Source: Eledone cirrhosa (lineage: Eukaryota). From it: a stretch of DNA of 64,000 bases. Of the stretch, positions 41,754 to 54,727 are shown piece by piece. The notes below the pieces were generated by a model. The model did not search any database, was not told the DNA's origin, and worked only from the letters and a program-made list of their open reading frames with translations. A program made the position numbers and the translations under genes. Every line of letters starts with the position of its first letter. Position 1 is the first letter of the stretch. Location of the stretch: contig OZ024740.1 in NCBI GenBank assembly GCA_964016885.1, forward strand, positions 110,422,001-110,486,000, in the 5' to 3' direction.

Positions 41754-41949
41754 TATATATATTTATATATAGGCGTAATGGTAGAATCTTCAGAACGTCA
41801 GATTAAATATTCCTCGGCCCAGTGTCGTCTCAGTTCAAATCCTGCCGAGGTCAACTTAGTTTTTCATCCTTTCAAGGTCGATAAATAAAGTATCAGTCCA
41901 CTACTGTTGTTAGTTCTTTCACTATATATCATTCTAATTCTCTCTCTCT

Positions 41950-41988
<39 letters not shown>

Positions 41989-41993
41989 CTTCC

Positions 41994-42034
<41 letters not shown>

Positions 42035-42162
42035 TTTCTCTCTTTCTCTCTGGAAGAAATCGGCAGTGATCCGACCTGCAGAAGGATGGGCTTCGCCACC
42101 TTTCCATGCCCCAGGCATGTCATGTGTTTCGCACGGCACCCCTACTAATCTGGTGTCAAAAG

Positions 42163-42270
<108 letters not shown>

Positions 42271-42659
42271 AAAGGAAATGTTTCAATTAATTCCACACAC
42301 ATTATTTTCTGTTTAATAAACTGACGTAGAATCATATAAATGAGAATTGAAGAATTCTGAACAAACCGATGTACAAATACTCTAATACACATATACACAT
42401 ATACACATATACTCATACACACATATACACAAATACACATATATACCTACATATGCACATGAATACATATGCACAGATATACATATGTAAGTAAAAACAT
42501 ATATACGTACACACACCAACGGACACACTCACTGCACTTTAGCAAGCATACATATACTCACAAACAAGCAAACTCACACACACAAACACACACTCAAGCA
42601 CACACACATACACAAACAAAACACACACAACCCCCCCCCCCCCCCACACCCCCACACCC

Positions 42660-42922
42660 CCACCACCAACACCACCACCACCACCACTAACCACCACCGG
42701 CACCACCACCACGACCACTAACAACACCCCCCCACTAACTACCACCACCACCACCACCACCACCACCACCACTAACCACCACCAGCACCGCCACCACCAC
42801 CAGTACCACCACCACCACCACCAACAACAACAACATCACCACCACCACCATCACTAACCACCACTAACCACTACCAGCACCACCACCACCACCACCACCA
42901 ACACAACCGCCCCACCACCACC

Positions 42923-42954
<32 letters not shown>

Positions 42955-43139
42955 CACCACCACCACCACCACCACCACCACCACCACTAACCACCACCAG
43001 CACCACCACTAACCACCACCAGCACCACCACTAACCACCACCAGCACCAGCACCAGCACCACCACCAACAACAACACCACCACCACCACCACCACCACCA
43101 CTAACCACCACCAGCACCACCACCACCAGTACCACCAGT

Positions 43140-43170
<31 letters not shown>

Positions 43171-43209
43171 CTAACCACCACCAGCACCACCACCACCAGT
43201 ACCACCAGC

Positions 43210-43240
<31 letters not shown>

Positions 43241-43812
43241 CTAACCACCACCACCACCACCACTAACCACCACCAGCACCACCAGCACCAGCACCACCAC
43301 CACCAACACAGCCGCCACCACCACCACCAACAACAACAACACCACCACCACCACCACTAACCACCACTAACCACCACCACCACCACCACTAACCACCACC
43401 AGCACCACCACCACCAGTACCACCAGCACCACCACCACCACCACCACCAGCACCACCACCACCACCACCACCACTAACCACCACCAGCACCACCACCACC
43501 ACCACCACCACTACCACCACCACCACCACCACAGCCGCCACCACCACCACCACCACCACCACCACCACTAACCACCACCAGCACCACCACCACCACCACC
43601 ACCACTACCACCACCACCACCACAGCCGCCACCACCACCACCACCACCACCACCACCACCACTAACCACCACCAGCACCACCACCACCACCACCACCACT
43701 ACCACCACCACCACCACAGCCGCCACCACCACCACCACCACCACCACTAACCACCACCAGCACCACCACCACCACCACCACCACTACCACCACCACCACC
43801 ACAGCCGCCACC

Positions 43813-43844
<32 letters not shown>

Positions 43845-43860
43845 CAACAATAACAACAAC
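42660..43860 (+). repeat. 1.2-kb compound (CAC)n repeat punctuated by CTAA, CAG and CAA variants
   Basis: Direct reading; recurring ACCACTAACCACCACCAGCACC blocks. Confidence 0.95.
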
Positions 43861-44277
43861 AAAAGAGTGCTTTAAAGAAATGAGGCGATTAGGAAAAGAG
43901 GATTCTTGTGAATTTTAAATAGGCGGCAGATTTTCTTGGAGTAAGTAGGGAGGATGTATATCCCCTTAAAACATTTCACCGCAGCCCCAGGGGGCGAGGA
44001 CCAACAGCAAAGTGTCAACGTGAGGTTGGTGTTAATAGTCTACTGCTTCTGCTGCTGCTGCTGCTGATGATGATGATAGCTCCGACGGTAATGATGATGA
44101 TGATGATGATGATGATGACGATAGGGACGAAGACGGCAAGGACGAAGACGGTAGCTGCAATGATAACACCTCCTCTTCCTCCTTCTCCTCCTTCTCCTCC
44201 TCCTCCTCATCATCATGATTATCCTCATCCTCATCCTCATTATCATGAACATTATCATCAACATCATCATCAACATA

Positions 44278-44473
44278 GGGCGGTGGATTGGCAGTATCGG
44301 TAAGAGTCGGACGCCATGCTTTGAAGCATAGAGTTACCTCCCAGCATAGTTACGTCCCTTTATGATCTGAGTTCAAATCCCGCCGAGGTTAACTTTGCCT
44401 TTCATCCTTACGGGGTCGATAAAATAAAGTACCAGTAATGTGCTGGCCTTGTGCCAAAAGTAGAAACAATTAT
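44278..44473 (+). mobile_element. Dominant tRNA-derived SINE (well-preserved copy)
   Basis: A box TGGCAGTATCGG, B box GAGTTCAAATCC, central GCCTTTCATCCTTACGGGGTCGATAAA-TAAAGTACCAG (resembles the Meta/MESC SINE domain from memory, unverified), tail GGCCTTGTGCCAAAAGTAGAAACAATTAT. Confidence 0.9.
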
Positions 44474-44638
44474 CATCAACATTCTTATTTCCCTTAGTTT
44501 TAACTCGAAGAGCTAAAACAGCTTTTCATGTTTTTAGTTAAACTTCAATGGAGACATTGTGTTAAACAAGAGTTTTAATTACTTTAAACAATTTTTTCAC
44601 AGATTTCATTAACTCCCTGAAAGTTACTACAACTACTA

Positions 44639-44708
44639 TTTCATCTGATGATCGAGCTGGACGTTTTTGTAAGGATCGTCTAGTTTCCTGAAACCTTTGG
44701 TAATGGAA
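44639..44708 (+). ncRNA. Type I hammerhead ribozyme motif
   Basis: ttcat CTGATGA tcgagctggacg...cgtctagtttcct GAAA cctttgg TA atgga. Confidence 0.68.
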
Positions 44709-45271
44709 TAATTATATTGTGTTCTTTAAACAATTGTATTTATATATTATATTTTACCAGTCATTCTCTTAAAAAACGAAACAAATATTGCTTCAAGAAT
44801 TTAGGCTCATTCTCTCTTATATACACATATATACACCAGGTCTTAACACAACATTGACCAAACTCCCACTGTCAATGCCCCCATCTCTCCCGCTCTTTCC
44901 CATCTCTCACTGTTGTGAGTAAATGGGGGGGGGGGGGGCAACGCGTGGCCGCCCACTGCCCCGGCATAGAGAATAAAGAACGCGTTTCCCGTTTCCCCGC
45001 AGGATGGTGGAGACGCGCTGGCAGAGCCATTCCAGCTCTTATCCAACACTGCTTTGTATCTTCCCTTCTACTTTCTTATTTTGCTAATCGCCTCTGTAAA
45101 GTGGCGAATTTGATAGAGTCGTTAGAACGTCAGCTAAAATACTTTGCGGTATCCCTTCCGTTTCTCCGTGTTCTCGCTGAGGTCAAATTTACAGTTCATC
45201 ATTCTGAGGTTGATAAATAAAGTACCGGTTCAATAATATGCTCGATGTTTTCTCCCTTTCTCACTTTCTTT

Positions 45272-45483
45272 CGAAGAAGTCGGCTGTGTTTAAAAGCCGA
45301 AGAAGTCGACTGTGTTTAAAAGCCGAAGAAGTCGGCTGTGTTTAAAAGCCGAAGAAGTCGACTGTGTTTAAAAGCCGAAGAAGTAGGCTGTGTTTAAAAG
45401 CCGAAGTCGGCTGTGTTTAAAAGCCAAAGAAGTAGGCTGTGTTTAAAAGCCGAAGAAGTAGGCTGTGTTTAAAAGCCGAAGAA
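45272..45483 (+). repeat. 26-bp tandem repeat, about 8 copies (GAAGAAGTCGGCTGTGTTTAAAAGCC)
   Basis: Direct reading; each unit carries a CGGCT...AGCCG mini inverted repeat. Confidence 0.95.
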
Positions 45484-46046
45484 AGACGGACTTCACCAAG
45501 TTTAATTGCCGGCACACCTCTGACCCAAACAGAAGGGTTGGTGGATGGAATCGCTTCAGTAGTTTTGTACCTATACGTCTTGTAGCTAGGAAATCAAAGC
45601 GAGAGGATTGGAAAGACGGAGTAAATTATCAATCATAGAGATATGCGTAGCTTAGTGGTAAGGCTGTTCGACTCAGCTGCGTGAGGTCGAGACTTCGATG
45701 GAAGGGAGCTTGTTAGGTGGTTGAGCAAAGAACTTAATTACATGTTGTTCCAGTGAGTTTTTACGAGAAGCACGTTAAGGATACACGTGTCTATAGATTG
45801 TACAGCCTCTTTTGTTTTGTTGGCCATGGAACACGGCTCGTCAGCACCGACGGAAGTCCGAAACAGCCCCCCCCCCCCCCCAAAAAAAAAAAAATATATG
45901 TCTATGTGAGGATTTATGTATATATCTATATCTATATGCTTATAGAAAAATATTTCTAGCTTTCTTTCTTTCCCCCTCCCTTCCCCTCTCTAGCTATCTA
46001 TCTATCTATTTCTCTCTCTCTTTCTCCCTCTGTATATATATATATA

Positions 46047-46486
46047 TATTATAAAGTGAAATGACAAGAGGCCAAACATGTTGAATTTCCTTAATTATTT
46101 ATCTCTGCAAACACTATGCACATTTCAGTGGCCAGGTTGCGTAAGAACCCGGTGACATCTTCGGGTATAAATTGCATAATGGATCTATACCAACGGAATG
46201 ATGGTAAACTTTAAGGAAACAAGCAAATAAAAAACAAGAAAAAAGTGTGTTAATGTTTTTGACCCAAGGACGACGAAATATTTAACAACATGCTACTTTA
46301 TTCGTCTCTGGGTCAAAAACATAAACACACTTTTTTTTCTTCTATTACATCTATTACGCAATTTACACCTGAAGATGTCACCGGGATCTTACGCAAACTG
46401 GCAACTGAAATATGCATAGTGTTTGCCGAAATAAATAGTTAAGGAAATTCAACATATTTGGCCTCCTGTCATTTCACTTTATAATA
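46047..46486. mobile_element. (TA)n-abutting fold-back element with diverged arms and a hammerhead
   Basis: TATTATAAAGTGAAATGACA at left pairs with TGTCATTTCACTTTATAATA at right; pairing continues to the centre near 46285, with an ~55-bp indel. Confidence 0.85.
46365..46422 (+). ncRNA. Minimal type I hammerhead ribozyme motif
   Basis: acac CTGAAGA tgtcaccgg...ctggcaact GAAA tatgca TA gtgt. Confidence 0.68.
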
Positions 46487-46714
46487 CATTTACTCCGTTC
46501 CCGCACCACCAACATTATTCAGCATCAAAGATGGATGAATTGCATAACGTCGAGAGCGTTTCACATATTATTTCATGGTTAACACTGCAGAATGACCGAT
46601 TCTAACTAGTGGTAAACCACCGTCAACATGAATGGACCTGCTATTTTTATCTAAATACATTTTTTTCCAATCCCACCCAGTCCGTTCCTTCAATCGATCT
46701 TATTTTTCATTCTT

Positions 46715-46750
46715 TCTTCTGATGAAAGACTAACGTTCGAAACGTTAAGA
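46715..46750 (+). ncRNA. 36-nt minimal type I hammerhead motif
   Basis: tctt CTGATGA aagactaacgttc GAAA cg TT aaga; stem III reduced to the palindrome AACGTT. Confidence 0.62.
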
Positions 46751-46863
46751 CCCTCTTCCTGCTATTTCAAGCGTTAACCTAATATATTCCTTCCATATAC
46801 TGTACCGATTGTGTTGTTATTCCTGCTAACCTTTTACACCCCCCCCACACACACACACGCGCG

Positions 46864-46933
<70 letters not shown>

Positions 46934-47133
46934 TCAGGATTATACCTGTTTTAAACTAGTTAGAGTTTGGAATTCGCTATCGAAACGGCAACAGCTCACC
47001 CGTCGTTCCCTGACTCGCTACTATATATATATATAACAATGTATACACAGACACACACATATATATATACCGTGTCTGTATGTGTGCATGTGTGTGAGTA
47101 TGTGTATGTATGTGTATGTGCACAAATATATAT

Positions 47134-47718
<585 letters not shown>

Positions 47719-47801
47719 CATATATATATGTATATATATATAATAAATCAGGAAAGAAGGTTGACATGGTTTGCTATACAAAAAAGGTTTTTAATCTCCT
47801 A

Positions 47802-47907
47802 GCTGACAATTGTTTCTCTGAACTGGTAGGTCTAGAGATCGCTATTCGCTTATTTTCACGTTACTCGATCGCCAATACAAAATTATAACAAGTCAGTTCT
47901 TCGGAGC
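47802..47907 (-). ncRNA. Degenerate hammerhead motif with long stem II
   Basis: gct CCGAAGA actga...tcaga GAAA caattg TC agc (core U4 changed to C). Confidence 0.45.
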
Positions 47908-47986
<79 letters not shown>

Positions 47987-48235
47987 AAAGTTAAACAAGG
48001 TTCAATGAATACATCAAAGAATGAGTTTTACAATAGATTTCTCTAGTAGTTTTTAAAATTAAAAAAATTTATAACTGTTATATTGATGCCATATATTTCT
48101 TAAATTCTATTGTTTGTATTATGTTATCTCATCTTCTCAATATTAGGGTATAAATACTGAGTTTTGTCATAAGTTAATCACTACCATGACTAAATCTTAA
48201 CCATCTACCATGTCAGGGTATGTCATGTATCATTT

Positions 48236-48302
48236 TATTTTATCTGATGAGGACGTACTGTTGAACTTAACTCAGTACCTCTGAAATATCTATAATAAAA
48301 TA
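48236..48302 (+). ncRNA. Minimal type I hammerhead ribozyme motif
   Basis: tattttat CTGATGA ggacgtactg...cagtacctct GAAA tatcta TA ataaaata; 8-bp stem I. Confidence 0.75.
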
Positions 48303-48365
48303 TAATTGATCACAAGAATATCTATTTTGTTAATATTTTGAATTAATATTATATATATATATATA

Positions 48366-48555
48366 ATAATTGTTTCTACTTTTGGCACAAGGCCAGCAAA
48401 TACCCAGTACATTACTGGTACTTTATTTTATCGACCCCGTAAGGATGAAAGGCAAAGTTAACCTCGGCGGGATTTGAACACAGACCGTAACGGGACGTAA
48501 CTATGCTGGAAAGCATGGCGTCCGACTCTCTACTGATACTGCCAATCCACCGCCC
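48366..48555 (-). mobile_element. Dominant tRNA-derived SINE copy
   Basis: Same motifs as 44278-44473. Confidence 0.88.
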
Positions 48556-48645
48556 TTCTATATATATAATAATAATAATAAATTTGAAGACTAAAATCCA
48601 AAGAGGGCTCGATAAGGATAAATATATATCAAATATATAAGAACC

Positions 48646-48719
<74 letters not shown>

Positions 48720-49126
48720 TTCTACCTCTAACCAGACCCAGTAGCTCTCTCGCCTCTGCCATTATCCACTATCCTCCGATTTACGACCAGAGAAACCCTT
48801 TAGTAACGCAATGGTGTTTGATAACATAAATAACCTGATGATGAGCTGTTGTGTTTATTGTCCAATTGATGGTGCTGCAGGTCAGCGGTAGCAGTATGTA
48901 TTATATTATTGTATACACACTCATGTCAAGATAAATCAGCTACGTGTTGTCGCACCCCTAACCCTCTCCCTTCATCCTCCACTCCGCAACCCAAGCAATA
49001 TACTCTTAGTTGACCGAAACAAGAATGTTGTTTTATCGCGTGCTAAAGTCGGCCTAGTTCTTTTGGAGGAGAAGAGATTTGTGAGAAACAGCCATTCATC
49101 ACAGGTTGCTTGGTTCTCGTCTACTT

Positions 49127-49187
49127 GCGAAAATGCGTGAAAACACGCGAAAATGCGTGAAAACACGCGAAAATGCGTGAAAACACA
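49127..49187 (+). repeat. 20-bp tandem repeat x3 (GCGAAAATGCGTGAAAACAC)
   Basis: Direct reading. Confidence 0.9.
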
Positions 49188-49302
49188 ACAATAACAAAAT
49201 CATCTACAAAAGAAACCTTCGAAATATATCAAGTATAACAGCGAAATGTAAATAATGCTGATAATGATGATAATGATGATGGTGGTTATGATGATAGCAA
49301 TG

Positions 49303-49337
<35 letters not shown>

Positions 49338-49409
49338 GCTACTACTGCTACTACTACTACTGCTACTACTGCTACTACTACTACTACTACTACTACTACA
49401 AACAATAAT

Positions 49410-49820
49410 TGTTTCTATTTTTGGCACAAGGCCAGCAAATACCCAGTACATTACTGATACTTTATTTTATCGACCCCGTAAGGATGAAAGGCAAAGTTAA
49501 ACTCGGCGGGATTTGAACTCAGATCATAAAGGGACGTAACTCTATGCTTCAAAGCATGGTGTCCGACTCTCTACCGATACTGCCAATCCACCGCCACTAC
49601 TACAAACAATAATGGTTTCTGATTTTGGCACACGGCCAACAAATTTGAGAGAGGGTAAAGTCGATCAAATCGACCCCAGTGCATTACTGGTATCTTATTT
49701 TATCGACCCCGTAAGGATGGAAGTCAAAGCTGACCTCAGCGGGATTAGAACACAGAACGTAAGGGACCGTAACTATATGCTGCAAAGCAGGTTCTCCGAC
49801 GCTCTACCGATACTACCAGT
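49410..49820 (-). mobile_element. Two SINE copies; the left copy is flanked by an 18-bp TSD-like direct repeat
   Basis: ACTACTACAAACAATAAT at 49392-49409 and 49596-49613. Confidence 0.85.
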
Positions 49821-49824
49821 TCTT

Positions 49825-50297
49825 TAGAGCTGTGCCAACTACGTCAATTCCGTGGTGTCCGACTCACTCACAGTGACGTCATCCACGTATGCCGACATTG
49901 CTCTCGCGCTTGACTGTTTGAAAGGGATGCCTCTCAACTGCTCTAACGTCCATAGCATTGTCTCGGAGCCAGCTCATACAGAGTGGAAATATCTTACAAA
50001 CCGAGCGCTCGATACGAAACGGTTTTGAGGGGTGTCCGTTTTACCTCTGAACAGGTACCGCTGCTGTACATTGCTCCTATCAAAAGCTTTCAATAGATTC
50101 AAGTTGATCAACGCCTCACCGAAGCGAGGTTTACATCCTACCCTTTCTATGATGTATCGCGTGAGGATTGTTGTCAATAGATCTGTTCGGGATCGCGCAA
50201 GTTTGCGTTTCCGCGACCAAACTGTCGAGCGACAATCGCAAAATTCTTTGATAACACGTTGGCCCAAATTTTAAAGTTTGTGTTCAGCAGAGTTATT
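49825..50297 (-). pseudogene. Old, degraded Tx1 RT fragment
   Basis: Minus strand gives ITLLNTNFKI, RYIIERVGCKPRFGEALINL..KAFDR and SAYVDDVTV, matching copies 1-3. Confidence 0.8.
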
Positions 50298-50830
50298 TAA
50301 TATACGGTAACCAAGAAGATAAAATTAAGTAAATTTCATACTTTACAAAAACGAGCAGTTATAATTATATCAAGGGATTCCAGAGGCTCCTAGCCTAGGC
50401 CTTTAATGCTTGATAATAAAATACTAAACATTTATGAGCAGTGGTGGACTGGCCAGGTTGCCAGGTTGCCCAATGGTAAGTGGGCTCCTGGGGGCCAACG
50501 GTAGCATCGCAAGAGTTCACAGTAGCATTGCAGGGCCCACTGTAGTATTTTCGGGGCCAATGCTTTGCTTTAAAAAAATACCTGAAATCTAAGAGAAAGA
50601 AGGAAATAAAAAAAAAAATTAAAACAATTAATCAAAGCATTTGGTCAGCCAGTTCCCCAGGGAATTACTAGAAACCAAAATATACAATAGTGCAAGTAGT
50701 TGGAATCAGTGGTTGTATATTCTACTAAATCTAAAGCATAGTGTATTCATTCATGCATGCAAACATACATATATAAACACAGACACACAAGCATATATAT
50801 ATATATACTTAGACATGAACTACTGACCAA

Positions 50831-51021
50831 ATAATTGTTTCTACTTTTGGCACAAGGCCAGCAATTATCTCAGTGCATTACTGGTGCTTTATTTTATCGA
50901 CCTCGTAAGGATAAAAGGCAATTTAACCTCCTCGGAGGGATTTGAACTCAGACCGTAAAGGGGCGTAACTCTATGCTACAAAGCATGGCGTCCGACATTC
51001 TGCCGATACTGCCAATCCACC
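50831..51021 (-). mobile_element. Dominant tRNA-derived SINE copy
   Basis: Same motifs as 44278-44473. Confidence 0.85.
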
Positions 51022-51101
51022 AAATGATATTTGGTATCAATGGGTTAAAGACATCTGTCAAATCAATTAGTGGTGAAGGTGGTGTACATATATATATATA
51101 G

Positions 51102-51209
<108 letters not shown>

Positions 51210-51461
51210 GTATATATATATTGAGTGAGTGTGAAAGACCAAAGGATATTATTGAAAGTTTCTGGATTTCGCAAAATACATAATATATTTTATTGGAGAA
51301 GGTTAGGTATTTTTCCGCAAAAATTTGATTGTACAGTTTTTTTTCCACCTATGTATTTTTTGAAAATGTTATTTATTCATTATAAAAATTAAGTGATAAC
51401 ATTCTATATGTAGGTGGGCACCCTTCATCTAGCAACAAATATCTTTAGACCTAGTCCGCCA

Positions 51462-51549
<88 letters not shown>

Positions 51550-51951
51550 ATACTTTGGGAGGGTCATGTTGCCAATAAGAAACGCACGCACCAGTTGCTT
51601 TCACTTCAATTTATTATAATAAATTTATAATAAATTTATAATAAATTTATAAATTTATAAATTTCTGGTTGGTTGGTTGGTTCCACAACCAGATAGTTGT
51701 TTATATATTGTCATAGTTCTTTCGTCACACACTCTGTGACCTCTTCAGTGACTGGGGATTCCTTTCTATGTTTCTGTGCCTCTCCTTTGTTCTGTCCTAC
51801 GCCATTTTGTTTCTGTGTGTGTGTTGTGTGCACAGTCTGCACATGCGCCACATCCAGGTGTCTGTGTGTGTTTATGTTCATTTATTTATTTGTTTATTTA
51901 CATGTTACTGGTTGGTTGTTTGTTATGTGTGTGTGTGTTTTCATTTTGTCC

Positions 51952-53076
51952 TTAATTGTAAGTTGTGATGTTGCTGTTCCACTCATATTTTCTATTTAAT
52001 TTTGGTTGTAATTCTTTTATGTTTATTGCCTCTGTAATTTGTCTAAACATTGCGTCTTTTCTGTGTGTAGATTCTATTTTTATTTCTATGTTCTCTAATT
52101 TACCCTTGTGTTCTATTTTAGCATGTTGGTAGAGTACAGATGATTCTTTACTATCTTGAAGGTCTCGCCAGTGTTCATTTATCCGTTCTCCTACACTACG
52201 AGCTGTCTCACCTATGTACACTATATTTTTGTCTCTACATTGTCCTTCAGTACATCTTATGCTATACACTACATTTCTAGTTTTGCAGTTAATATGGGGG
52301 CTTATTTTACAGGTTATACATTTCTTATCTATACATGAGGGTCTTTGAAAAGGGTATGTCTTGCTAATAAGTGTTTTTACGGAGGTACCTGGTCTTTCTA
52401 CTATCTTAATATTGAGTTTATGTTTGTTTAGGGCCCTTCTAAATTTGTAAGCTAATTCCCCTCTAGGGGTTGTATCGATGAACATTACACTCTGGTATTT
52501 ATTGCTATCATACCATGAGTTTATTCTATTAGCCTTGTTCCTAGTTCTTTCTATTCTATTCCAAAATTTGCTCCTATACAAGGGGCAGGTCCCATTTATG
52601 TCATTATTTACCATTTTTTCCCATTTGGTTCTGGCTCCTCTATACACTCTGATTTCATCTCTCTGGTTGTAGCCAGAGAACTGCATACGGTGGATGAAGT
52701 GTTGTATGTGTCTCTCTAGTTCTTCGGGGTTGCACATGCGGGACACGTTTCTCATCACCCGTACCAAATCCGCAATCAGTATGTTGATTTTGGTATGGTC
52801 CGAAACGGCCGAGTTTCGGTGGATCAGATGTTTGGAAGTCATGGGTTTGGCATAATGGGAATGGAGGATTTGTTTTTTGTTGTTAATGGTATCTAACCAG
52901 AGCTCTGTGTCTAGTACAGGTAATCGATGGTTGGGGTGTTTACTTGGGTAGTCTATAGTAACTCTAATGCTCTGGTGGATGGAGTTTGCTATTTGCTGGA
53001 TGCTTTCCATTGTGTTTTTCTCTAGTTCCTGACTGTTCTCTAGAGGGGGTGTCTTAACTACGATGTTTATAAACAT
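51952..53076 (-). CDS. 5'-truncated PLE polyprotein: RT C-terminus/thumb + Cys-rich linker + GIY-YIG endonuclease
   Basis: LPVLD, YAKP, SGY (RT/thumb); CIDKKCITC linker; VVYSIRC...YIGETAR...RINEH...QH...H...E...LN (GIY-YIG with CCHH). C-terminal EN plus Cys linker fits Neptune/Nematis-type PLEs. Confidence 0.9.
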   Translation of the reverse strand: MFINIVVKTPPLENSQELEKNTMESIQQIANSIHQSIRVTIDYPSKHPNHRLPVLDTELWLDTINNKKQILHSHYAKPMTSKHLIHRNSAVSDHTKINILIADLVRVMRNVSRMCNPEELERHIQHFIHRMQFSGYNQRDEIRVYRGARTKWEKMVNNDINGTCPLYRSKFWNRIERTRNKANRINSWYDSNKYQSVMFIDTTPRGELAYKFRRALNKHKLNIKIVERPGTSVKTLISKTYPFQRPSCIDKKCITCKISPHINCKTRNVVYSIRCTEGQCRDKNIVYIGETARSVGERINEHWRDLQDSKESSVLYQHAKIEHKGKLENIEIKIESTHRKDAMFRQITEAINIKELQPKLNRKYEWNSNITTYN

Positions 53077-54194
53077 ATAAACATCGTAGTTAAGACACCC
53101 CCTCTAGAGAACAGTCAGGAACTAGAGAAAAACACAATGGAAAGCATCCAGCAAATAGCAAACTCCATCCACCAGAGCATTAGAGTTACTATAGACTACC
53201 CAAGTAAACACCCAACCATCGATTACCTGTACTAGACACAGAGCTCTGGTTAGATACCATTAACAACAAAAAACAAATCCTCCATTCCCATTATGCCAAA
53301 CCCATGACTTCCAAACATCTGATCCACCGAAACTCGGCCGTTTCGGACCATACCAAAATCAACATACTGATTGCGGATTTGGTACGGGTGATGAGAAACG
53401 TGTCCCGCATGTGCAACCCCGAAGAACTAGAGAGACACATACAACACTTCATCCACCGTATGCAGTTCTCTGGCTACAACCAGAGAGATGAAATCAGAGT
53501 GTACAGAGGAGCCAGAACCAAATGGGAAAAAATGGTAAATAATGACATAAATGGGACCTGCCCCTTGTATAGGAGCAAATTTTGGAATAGAATAGAAAGA
53601 ACTAGGAACAAGGCTAATAGAATAAACTCATGGTATGATAGCAATAAATACCAGAGTGTAATGTTCATCGATACAACCCCTAGAGGGGAATTAGCTTACA
53701 AATTTAGAAGGGCCCTAAACAAACATAAACTCAATATTAAGATAGTAGAAAGACCAGGTACCTCCGTAAAAACACTTATTAGCAAGACATACCCTTTTCA
53801 AAGACCCTCATGTATAGATAAGAAATGTATAACCTGTAAAATAAGCCCCCATATTAACTGCAAAACTAGAAATGTAGTGTATAGCATAAGATGTACTGAA
53901 GGACAATGTAGAGACAAAAATATAGTGTACATAGGTGAGACAGCTCGTAGTGTAGGAGAACGGATAAATGAACACTGGCGAGACCTTCAAGATAGTAAAG
54001 AATCATCTGTACTCTACCAACATGCTAAAATAGAACACAAGGGTAAATTAGAGAACATAGAAATAAAAATAGAATCTACACACAGAAAAGACGCAATGTT
54101 TAGACAAATTACAGAGGCAATAAACATAAAAGAATTACAACCAAAATTAAATAGAAAATATGAGTGGAACAGCATCATCACAACTTACAATTAA
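53076..54194 (+). pseudogene. Mirror copy of the PLE ORF with a 1-bp deletion near 53212 (open 53304-54194)
   Basis: Reverse complement of 51952-53071. Confidence 0.9.
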
Positions 54195-54393
54195 GGACAA
54201 AATGAAAACACACACACACATAACAAACAACCAACCAGTAACATGTAAATAAACAAATAAATAAATGAACATAAACACACACAGACACCTGGATGTGGCG
54301 CATGTGCAGACTGTGCACACAACACACACACAGAAACAAAATGGCGTAGGACAGAACAAAGGAGAGGCACAGAAACATAGAAAGGAATCCCCA

Positions 54394-54436
54394 GTCACTG
54401 AAGAGGTCACAGAGTGTGTGACGAAAGAACTATGAC
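54394..54436 (+). ncRNA. Minimal type I hammerhead in the PLE 3'UTR/pLTR (mirror copy 51710-51752 on minus)
   Basis: gtca CTGAAGA g gtcaca gagtg tgtgac GAAA gaac TA tgac; same strand as the ORF, 200 nt after the stop. Confidence 0.78.
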
Positions 54437-54658
54437 AATATATAAACAACTATCTGGTTGTGGAACCAACCAACCAACCAGAAATTTATAAATTTATAAA
54501 TTTATTATAAATTTATTATAAATTTATTATAATAAATTGAAGTGAAAGCAACTGGTGCGTGCGTTTCTTATTGGCAACATGACCCTCCCAAAGTATAACA
54601 ATATCGGTTTCAACACACGATTTCAGATAAAGAATCTTGCTAAACAAATTCAGAAACG

Positions 54659-54727
<69 letters not shown>

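Larger units (their letters stand above)
51542..54660. mobile_element. Penelope-like element in inverted (palindromic) configuration, inserted in (TA)n
   Basis: Arms 51542-53071 and 53076-54604 with a 4-nt loop (AACA); unpaired tail 54605-54660; (TA)n on both sides. Confidence 0.93.

Noticed and set aside
42660-43860. Interstitial telomere (CCACTAA resembles CCCTAA)
   Set aside because: No tandem CCCTAA units; the tract is dominated by CAC triplets.
44278-44400. tRNA gene
   Set aside because: A and B boxes are present but no cloverleaf; continues into a SINE body found in many copies.
45272-45483. Possible CRISPR array (26-bp partly palindromic repeat)
   Set aside because: No spacers, no cas genes, eukaryotic context.
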